64,000 nucleotides of DNA from Pseudomonadota bacterium (GTDB lineage Bacteria; Bdellovibrionota_C; UBA2361; OMII01). Both the position numbers and the translations under genes were made by a program. Shown in pieces: positions 50,411 to 57,873 of the stretch. Where the stretch lies: assembly GCA_038134595.1 (NCBI GenBank), contig JAYPVM010000001.1:64001-128000 (forward strand), in the 5' to 3' direction. Within the stretch, counting starts at the first letter, position 1, and the number at the start of each line of letters is the position of its first letter. The notes under the pieces are model-generated. The model was given only the letters and a program-made list of their open reading frames with translations. It was not told the origin of the DNA and did not search any database.

Positions 50411-52558
50411 TTATCCAGCTAACATCTCTGCTCTATGTTCTCTTATGATCTCGAGTAACTCATCTAAATCGGTAAACTGCCGCTCTGGATTAAACATCAC
50501 ACTCTTGTCTGTTGAGGCTCCGTAGGGTCCAACCATAAGGGCAAATGGAACGTGTCTGTCCCTTGAAAGTAGTATGGCATCGCGAACAAATGTTCCTCCG
50601 CCAATAAATATTATTATTCCCTCTCTTTCTGCTACATATGAGACTAGTTGATGCGGAACCGTGAAGAGTCCGCCCTCTAATGGTAGTACGTGCGAGATTC
50701 CAGGTGTAAAAGACTGTGTGGTTCGATCGGCTTGAACTGTCGCGCTTACAAGCGACAACGCCTCTTTCTCTGAATGTCGCTTATTTCGCTGTATCACTGC
50801 ATTGGAGAGAACCGTGGTAATTCCCGCGTTTTTGGGTCTTCCAACTAATAGATATGAAGTTTGTTGATCGAGCGCATTTACCAGCTCTTTTAAGAGGTCT
50901 CTTATTACACTCTGGTGAAGTCTTGATATCTTTTCCCACCACCTCGATCCTGAAGCTCCTAGAATAAGAACGGGGGTTTTATCCTTGGTAATCTGCAACA
51001 ACGATTCTGTTGAGTGCGAGATTCCAAGGGTTGCTAGGTGTTTTTCAAATAGTTCTGCGGCTGAGTCTCGCTGTTTATCCTGCTTCATCGGCGGAAGCGA
51101 TAAGCTTGTTCTCTCCCGTCGGATAGAATCTAAGTAGTCTTCGGGTAAGTTCGTTAGTTTTCTTAGAAAACGCGCGTCTTCAAGGGCAATATGCTGATTC
51201 TCATGCTCAACAATAGTCTCTACGTGGCGTTCCTTTAGACCCGCAAAGGAGGCAGTGTCGTCTAGCTGCCAGATATCTGTTTGAAATAAACCTGCCCCGT
51301 CAGAGCAAATTACAAAAGGGATTGCTCTATTCAAGCATGTCACCATCTCTAGCTCTTCGGCTGTGTCGATATTGTTTAAGGCTAGATTGGAGTCTGGATT
51401 AAACTCAATGACTACTAGTCCGTCTTTGGCTAGCTCTTCTGCTACCGACAGCGCATCTTCATCCAATCCGTGAGCTGCGTGCCCGATTCTAACGCGCATT
51501 TTATACTTTTGTGCTAAGCGTAGTGATTCTTTTACATTCGTGAGGTTCTTTCTGTTTTCTCCGGCGTGAATACGGAGCGTAAATTCTGGATCGTGTTTGT
51601 TTGCCCATGAAGAGATGGCGGCTATGTGAGGCTCGAGCTCATTTATTTTGTTGTCCTCAAAGCCCAGGAAATCTACGCCAACGATATAAGGACTTAGCCC
51701 CACCACCTTTAATTTCTCGACTTCAAACTCCAGCATTTCACGGGGTAAGTTGCGGGGTAGGCCCGCTAAAAATCGGAGCTTTACAGCGGTTTCAGCTTCA
51801 AGGGCTGGGAGTCTTTCGTGCAGCATCTCAATGTAATCTGGTTCGAGCAAACCGCTAGATGTCGCTGTAATCTCAGCGTATTGAACACCCTGCTGGGCGT
51901 ATTCTTCTGCATATTTTCGCAAAAGCTCAAATGCAATAAGTGGAGACTTGGTTATCGGAGTTCTAAATCGATACACAGAGGTTTCTAGATCGCCAAAAGT
52001 AACCTGCCTGTCGGCGGGAATCGACATTGATGCGGCCAGTAACTTCTTGCCTTTTGTGCTCAAAGTGTCAATTGGTACCGCTTCTTCCTCATTTGGAATA
52101 CTGCCGATGTTTGGCCCATCCATTGGTGGATAGAAGAATCGCTTTGTGGTAACAACTTCCTCAGAGCTGTATTCGATATCAAGCGCTGTTAGGAGCCGGA
52201 CGGGATACGGGACCTTCTTGTCGATGGCAATCGACATAAGCCCCTCAGAGCTAACTTGTCCCGAGCTGTGTGTGTGTAAATCAGTTCGCAATTCTGGTGG
52301 TCGTAGCTTCTGTCTTGGATACGGAAGCCATCTGTGAAGCTTTTCGTTAGCAAGCATTCGAGTTTCAAATACGGTCAGTTTCTGAAAGACCTCTGCATAT
52401 TCAACTCCTCGAGCTGTTACTCGGTAGCGGCCGAAGAGCTCGCCCAATCTGTTCTCCGTGCCACCAAGGCGTATCTCTATCTCAAAAACAGCACTAGCAT
52501 CAGAGGAGAGATGGGCTGCTAAAGAGGGGCTCGATCCATCTCTTCGTGAAAAACTCAT
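50411..52558 (-). CDS. Adenosine/AMP deaminase-family domain fused to a C-terminal SLOG/LOG-like domain (715 aa)
   Basis: DLHTHSSG, YAEIT, VGVDFLG, IHAGE, RIGHA, EFNPDSN and CSDG. C-terminal VLILGAS...IIFIGGGTFVRDAI...VPFALM. GGTGAGG RBS before ATG 52558. Confidence 0.8.
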   Translation of the reverse strand: MSFSRRDGSSPSLAAHLSSDASAVFEIEIRLGGTENRLGELFGRYRVTARGVEYAEVFQKLTVFETRMLANEKLHRWLPYPRQKLRPPELRTDLHTHSSGQVSSEGLMSIAIDKKVPYPVRLLTALDIEYSSEEVVTTKRFFYPPMDGPNIGSIPNEEEAVPIDTLSTKGKKLLAASMSIPADRQVTFGDLETSVYRFRTPITKSPLIAFELLRKYAEEYAQQGVQYAEITATSSGLLEPDYIEMLHERLPALEAETAVKLRFLAGLPRNLPREMLEFEVEKLKVVGLSPYIVGVDFLGFEDNKINELEPHIAAISSWANKHDPEFTLRIHAGENRKNLTNVKESLRLAQKYKMRVRIGHAAHGLDEDALSVAEELAKDGLVVIEFNPDSNLALNNIDTAEELEMVTCLNRAIPFVICSDGAGLFQTDIWQLDDTASFAGLKERHVETIVEHENQHIALEDARFLRKLTNLPEDYLDSIRRERTSLSLPPMKQDKQRDSAAELFEKHLATLGISHSTESLLQITKDKTPVLILGASGSRWWEKISRLHQSVIRDLLKELVNALDQQTSYLLVGRPKNAGITTVLSNAVIQRNKRHSEKEALSLVSATVQADRTTQSFTPGISHVLPLEGGLFTVPHQLVSYVAEREGIIIFIGGGTFVRDAILLSRDRHVPFALMVGPYGASTDKSVMFNPERQFTDLDELLEIIREHRAEMLAG

Positions 52559-52850
52559 CGCCTCACCAGCTATAGAGAGCTGTATAAGGGTCACTAAGTG
52601 ATTCTCCACTCTACCAGTGGTGCCAATTGGTCCTACGATACGACCCGAAAAATGCCTGGTTCCAGGGGTATAGACAAAGATTAGTTGATAGTGGTAGCCC
52701 CAGTCTAAGGGGTGTTCGATTGAAACGTAACCCATACACAAGTATAACCTGGATATAGGAATATTGGCTAGGGATAGCTTGCTTACACAAGCCTCTAGCC
52801 TTCACCTAAAAGATCGCCAAATCATACCCTTTTCTATCTCTGTTAAAACG

Positions 52851-55025
52851 CTACTTTGCAAAAAGGCTTGCTACATAACGGAGCACCTCTGTTGCGCTAT
52901 CATCATTGTATCCAAATTGGGATATGAGGCGGCCCTTAAGCAGATCAAACCGTTGCTGTTGCTCCTCATCTTGAACAACTGAGACAAAACGAGAGATCTG
53001 AATCTGATCTTTGGTATCTTCAAATAGCTTCTTCTCAAGAGCCTCGCGTAGACGTTCATTATCTAGGGGATCGAATCTGCGGTCTGAGGCTGCCATCGCA
53101 CCTATTGTCTCAAGAATTTCTCTACGAAAATCATCTTTAGCGGTCTCAGCTATTCCAATTTTCTCTTCTACTGCTCGCATGAAGTTCTCATCGGGCTCGT
53201 CCAGATTCTGAGTTACTGGGTTTTTAACCTTTTGCTTTCGCTGATAGGCTGAGATATTTTCGACGTATTTCTGTCCCATGCTTTGAAGTGCTTTAACATC
53301 TCCTGCTATTGCAAGATTAACTTCTTTTTTGATCCGCTCTTGATACTCTTGCTCCACTTGCCCCAAGACGCCCATCAACCTCTCTTTTTCGTCTTCTGAA
53401 TTAACATGTGGATTCTCTGGCAATCGTTGCCGTAACATATTTAAAAGCATAAATGGACTTAAAAACTTCTTAGCTTCCTCGGTATCTCGCACAAGACATG
53501 CGGCCAGCGTGTCCTGAATAAATCGTGGAGATATTCCGCTATGCCCCTCTCGGGGCGCCGCATCTTGGATCTCGCGAACACTCTGCTCGGTATAACCCGC
53601 AACTGACTCGCCATCATAGAGCTTCATTTTCTGAAGGACACTTAGCCCGCCCTTCTTGGGATCCTCTAACCTTGAGCAAACCGCAAACATAGCCGCAACC
53701 TCCATGGTGTGTGGGGCAATGTGGCGTCCCGTGCGCTCCTCTGTAAAGTCTTTCTCATAGATTCTTCGTTCATCTCTGAGCGTTAGAACGTAAGGGATAT
53801 CAATCTTAAGGGACCTGTCCCGCAATGCCTCTTGAAATCGGTCTTGCTGTAGTTTTTCGTATTCAGCTTCGTTTGTGTGTCCCAAAAGCACTAAATCAAT
53901 CTCGGTTTGAGCGAATTTCTTGGGCTTTATCATCCTTTCTTGCGTTGCTGTTAACAGCTCGTACAAGAACTCTCTTTCAAGCTTTAATACCTCAATGAAT
54001 TCGGCTATTCCACGGTTAGCTCGGCAGAGCTCTCCATCAAAACTAAAAGCACGGGGGTCTGAATCCACCCCGTACTCAGCCAGCTTTCTAAAGTTTATAT
54101 CTCCTGTTAACTCTGCTGTATCTTGTCCTTTTGGATCTTTTGGTTGAAACGTTGTAATACCGGATCTATCTTCCTCTGATATAATTACCCGCCTTACCAC
54201 CACATGGTCGAGCACTTTGTCGACGTCACCTTCATAGCGCTCGAGTAGGTCTTGCACTCGAAAGCGACTTGCAGGATCTAATCCTCCATTAATTTGAACT
54301 CTTTGCTCGTCTTTTGTCTTAGTTTGATTGAAAAGGTTTAGAAAATCAGATCTCAAATTTTGTGGAACAATACTTAACGGATCGACATTCATAGGAGAGT
54401 ATTCAATCTCTTGGTCAAGTGCCTCTTGGAGCATCTTTGCGTTATCTGTGGCTGATTTTTCTCTATCTCGTACGGGCACGCATGATACTCCAAACGTATA
54501 CACAGCTCCCTCGGCAGTTGCTGCATAGCGCTCTAGCCCCTTTTTTAGTAGTCGTGCAATGGTGCTTTTGGATGAACCGACAGGCCCAAGCATCAAGAAC
54601 AATCTTTTCTGGGGGCCGTACCCTTTTGCCGCTGACTCGAAAAACTGTACTAGCTTGTCAAGATGCGCATCGAGTCCATAGACAGCATCTTCTCCGTTTC
54701 CAAGTGGATCGTCGAAAAACTTATGTCGTGTGTATTCTCTCCCTGCCAGTGTATATTTCTCAGAACCATGCGACATAATCATCGAATGAATTCTTTGAAA
54801 TGCATTTTGGGTTACAGCTGGGTTCTCAGCTATGAGCTTTACATAGTCATCAAAAGACCCCTGCCAGTGAAGATCCCTGTAGGTTTTCTGCAATTCTTTT
54901 TTGCGAAACATATCTCGAAAGCTTCCCAGGTCGGATGACCCCGATCTTTGTGATAGCGTATCGGTGTTTTGTGAGTTTCCATCAAATTGTCGTGGGCTCT
55001 TATCATCCCTCTGTGGCTCATTCAT
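52851..55025 (-). CDS. prkA: PrkA/YeaG AAA+ protein (annotated serine kinase)
   Basis: GPVGSSKST, DSDPRAFSFDGELCRANRG, HTNEAEY, APHT and GISPRF; GGAGG RBS before ATG 55025. Confidence 0.95.
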   Translation of the reverse strand: MNEPQRDDKSPRQFDGNSQNTDTLSQRSGSSDLGSFRDMFRKKELQKTYRDLHWQGSFDDYVKLIAENPAVTQNAFQRIHSMIMSHGSEKYTLAGREYTRHKFFDDPLGNGEDAVYGLDAHLDKLVQFFESAAKGYGPQKRLFLMLGPVGSSKSTIARLLKKGLERYAATAEGAVYTFGVSCVPVRDREKSATDNAKMLQEALDQEIEYSPMNVDPLSIVPQNLRSDFLNLFNQTKTKDEQRVQINGGLDPASRFRVQDLLERYEGDVDKVLDHVVVRRVIISEEDRSGITTFQPKDPKGQDTAELTGDINFRKLAEYGVDSDPRAFSFDGELCRANRGIAEFIEVLKLEREFLYELLTATQERMIKPKKFAQTEIDLVLLGHTNEAEYEKLQQDRFQEALRDRSLKIDIPYVLTLRDERRIYEKDFTEERTGRHIAPHTMEVAAMFAVCSRLEDPKKGGLSVLQKMKLYDGESVAGYTEQSVREIQDAAPREGHSGISPRFIQDTLAACLVRDTEEAKKFLSPFMLLNMLRQRLPENPHVNSEDEKERLMGVLGQVEQEYQERIKKEVNLAIAGDVKALQSMGQKYVENISAYQRKQKVKNPVTQNLDEPDENFMRAVEEKIGIAETAKDDFRREILETIGAMAASDRRFDPLDNERLREALEKKLFEDTKDQIQISRFVSVVQDEEQQQRFDLLKGRLISQFGYNDDSATEVLRYVASLFAK

Positions 55026-55068
55026 ACTAAACCTCCATTTCACACATTAAAAACTTTTTCTTTGTTTC

Positions 55069-56214
55069 TTATCTTCCTGTCCCGAGTAAATCTTTTATTA
55101 CTGGTATAATGTCTTCTCTGTCTTCCATATCAGTAGTCACTACAGACTCATAGTCACCAAACGCGTAGTCTAAGTCGCTTTTAAATCCACCGTGCGGATG
55201 CCTCCCCCCTATCTCGACATAGCCAAATAAATTAACATGCGGCAAAATATCATTTTTAAGGATCTCTTCTGCGATAGCTGAATCGTCTCCCCAATTATCC
55301 CCGTCAGAAAAGTGAAATACATAGATATTCCATTCGTCAGGTGAAAAACGTTGTGCCATTTGCTCCTTAGCTAACTGATAGGCAGATGAGATTCTCGTTC
55401 CGCCACTTTGTCTCGTCGTAAAGAAAGTTTCTCTGTCTACAATATTTGCCTCAGCATCATGGATGATGTAGCACTTCTCCGTGCCTTGATACTGCCTATC
55501 AATCCAAGCATCGGTCCAAAAAGCCGTATTTCGGGCGAGTGATTTCTCTAAATCTCCCATCGAACCAGAGACGTCAATGAGATAAAAAATCACTGCGTTT
55601 GTTTTGGGTCGGGGCTTTAGTCTTGGACTGCGAAACCTAAAATCTTCTCGCACTGGGACAACAACTGGATTATCCGGGTCGTAAGAGTTCTCTGCTATAG
55701 TTCTCTTCAATGCTTCTTTAAAGGTTCGCTTGTTGTCTCGAAGAGATGTGGTTCCATTTTTTGAAATACCTTCATACCGAGGCACAGCCTCCTCTAATCC
55801 TGATGTTAATCTTGGTTTGATTCGCGGTAACTCAAGGTGCTCTCCTAATAGATCAGCTAGCTCTTCAACATGAAAGGATTCCTCCTTTATGTGCTGGCCA
55901 GCTTTATCGCCTGCCTGTGGCCCGCCGTCTCCATCCTCTTCTGCATCCGGGTCTCCGTCCCCCTGACCCGCTCCTTCTTGGTTCGAGCCGAACTGATACC
56001 GGGGAATCTGCACCTCTTTAACGGGAACCGAAACTATATCGTTTCCGTGCTGTGCTATTATCTCATCGCTGGTTATATAATCTTGAAGGTCATCTCGTAC
56101 CTTCCCGCGTATTATCTCGCGATATCGCCTTAAGTCTGGCTCCATTCCTAAAGAAGCCGACTCGAGGGTTGTATGCTGTACATTCTGTTTGGATTCGTCT
56201 CGATTGCTGTGCAT
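55069..56214 (-). CDS. yeaH: YeaH/YhbH (DUF444) vWA-like protein
   Basis: LELPRI, EDFRF, DVSGSM (MIDAS), SGGTRISSAY and WNIYVFHFSDGDNW. Confidence 0.93.
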   Translation of the reverse strand: MHSNRDESKQNVQHTTLESASLGMEPDLRRYREIIRGKVRDDLQDYITSDEIIAQHGNDIVSVPVKEVQIPRYQFGSNQEGAGQGDGDPDAEEDGDGGPQAGDKAGQHIKEESFHVEELADLLGEHLELPRIKPRLTSGLEEAVPRYEGISKNGTTSLRDNKRTFKEALKRTIAENSYDPDNPVVVPVREDFRFRSPRLKPRPKTNAVIFYLIDVSGSMGDLEKSLARNTAFWTDAWIDRQYQGTEKCYIIHDAEANIVDRETFFTTRQSGGTRISSAYQLAKEQMAQRFSPDEWNIYVFHFSDGDNWGDDSAIAEEILKNDILPHVNLFGYVEIGGRHPHGGFKSDLDYAFGDYESVVTTDMEDREDIIPVIKDLLGTGR

Positions 56215-56215
56215 A

Positions 56216-57862
56216 TTAGCTATTTGTTTTTAGATACCCACTAAACCCGCTATCCATTTTTTTTACCTCGAACGCACCTCGTTCACATGAAAGAACCACC
56301 GGCGTGCCGTTCTCTGTTTTGCTTACTACGTGAACGGGTCTTTCCCATAGAGTCTCTAGATTTTGGGTAGTTGTCGTAGCCATTCCCATATCTAGCTCCT
56401 GTCCCTCAAATTGATGGAGCAGAACTAGCTCTCCTCTGTTAAGGTGATTTGCTTCGACAATCTTCAACATCGGCCCACCGAAGTTAGTTAGTCCTCGTCT
56501 GAAAAAGCCCTTTATTTCTTCGAATTCTTCGGTCGTAACGTGCGCACTGCCCCTTCTATCCCTTTCATAGAGATACATCTGGTTTTCAGCGCAGAAATCG
56601 GCCGTCAAATAGGTGTCGAGAAAGGTCAGGTCACTATGGGTCTTCATGGCTTTAATCATCTCTTCTCGACCAAGCCCCAGACTCAGATCCCAGGTTCGTC
56701 TTGCAGTCATGTCTCTGCAGTCATTCCACTCTCTACCGAATTGACCGCGATTCCACCTCTCCTCTATATCTCGAAACAGTCGAACGCCTAATCGATAGGG
56801 ATTAATGCTTTTCTTACTGGGCGCTAAAACCACTGCATTAAACTCACAGTAATCGATCATCTCACTCGGGTACATCGGCAAGAGATGTTGCGTCATAAGA
56901 TGAGAATGCCAGTAGCTTGCCCATCCTTCGTTCATTATCTTGGTCATCCGCTGAGGCGCAAAATAATAAGACTCATCACGCACAATCGAAAGAACATCTC
57001 TCTGCCAATCTTCTAGTGGGGCATGCTTCATTAAAAACAACAGAACATCCTGTTCGGGGGATATCGGAACCCTTCGCTGCCTCTCGGCGTAGTCTTTTTT
57101 CTTTTGCGCAACTTCTGCGGCCAGCCGCTCCGGAGGATTAAGGTAGCGCTCCATGTAATCGGGTCCTTCGATCCGATTAGGTAAAAACAACTCTCTCTCT
57201 CGCTTCTCTAGCCCCGCACTTCTAGGACCATCGCCCCTATCCCGCTCTATCATAACCGAGTGGGGATCTATTAAATTATCGAGCGAGAGACAGAGATCGA
57301 GGAACCGCTCTACCGCCTCTAGTCCAACGTCATCTTGATAGCTTCGTATTCGTTCGGCATGGTTGCTCATGCGGGCTAGCATCTTTCGGTCTGTATGCCT
57401 AAAGCAGGAGTTGTGCTTAAAAAACATGTTATGGAAGTATACGTGCGCCATAACAGTTCTTGTCTCTTGCACAGAATTTGAGTCAAGAAGATAAGCAACA
57501 CAAGGATCTGTGTTTATCACTAACTCATACGTTCGCCCCAAGCCGTATGTATCTCGCACATCTTGACTTGCGTATTTCTGGCCGAAGTTCCAGTGCTCGT
57601 ACCGTCTTGGAAATCCATCGCGAGCCAATATGGCCTGCAGCTGTCTCCAGTTGACGATTTCAAAGTGCTGTGGAAAGAAATCAAGTGGGCAGGCCTCCTG
57701 CACTTTGTCTTCGATTTCTTGTCGCCACTCTTCGACTAATCGCTCCTGCGCTGCCCTAGAGCCGGCAAACTCGCTCACTGTAAGCTTATGCCTCCTTAGG
57801 GTCTCCGTCTCAAGGCTCGGTGCCCCTGTGGGTAATTCTGATTGTCGAGGGTTCTCTATCAT
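56216..57862 (-). CDS. spoVR: SpoVR/YcgB family protein
   Basis: HWNFG, YELVINTDPC, AHVYFH, YFAPQRMTKIMNEGWASYWH and NPYRLG. Confidence 0.95.
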   Translation of the reverse strand: MIENPRQSELPTGAPSLETETLRRHKLTVSEFAGSRAAQERLVEEWRQEIEDKVQEACPLDFFPQHFEIVNWRQLQAILARDGFPRRYEHWNFGQKYASQDVRDTYGLGRTYELVINTDPCVAYLLDSNSVQETRTVMAHVYFHNMFFKHNSCFRHTDRKMLARMSNHAERIRSYQDDVGLEAVERFLDLCLSLDNLIDPHSVMIERDRGDGPRSAGLEKRERELFLPNRIEGPDYMERYLNPPERLAAEVAQKKKDYAERQRRVPISPEQDVLLFLMKHAPLEDWQRDVLSIVRDESYYFAPQRMTKIMNEGWASYWHSHLMTQHLLPMYPSEMIDYCEFNAVVLAPSKKSINPYRLGVRLFRDIEERWNRGQFGREWNDCRDMTARRTWDLSLGLGREEMIKAMKTHSDLTFLDTYLTADFCAENQMYLYERDRRGSAHVTTEEFEEIKGFFRRGLTNFGGPMLKIVEANHLNRGELVLLHQFEGQELDMGMATTTTQNLETLWERPVHVVSKTENGTPVVLSCERGAFEVKKMDSGFSGYLKTNS

Positions 57863-57873
57863 ACTCGCTCTTC

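Noticed and set aside
50411..55025. Canonical RADAR system
   Set aside because: The adjacent ATPase is clearly PrkA/YeaG rather than RdrA, and the deaminase has an extra C-terminal domain. Only an analogy.
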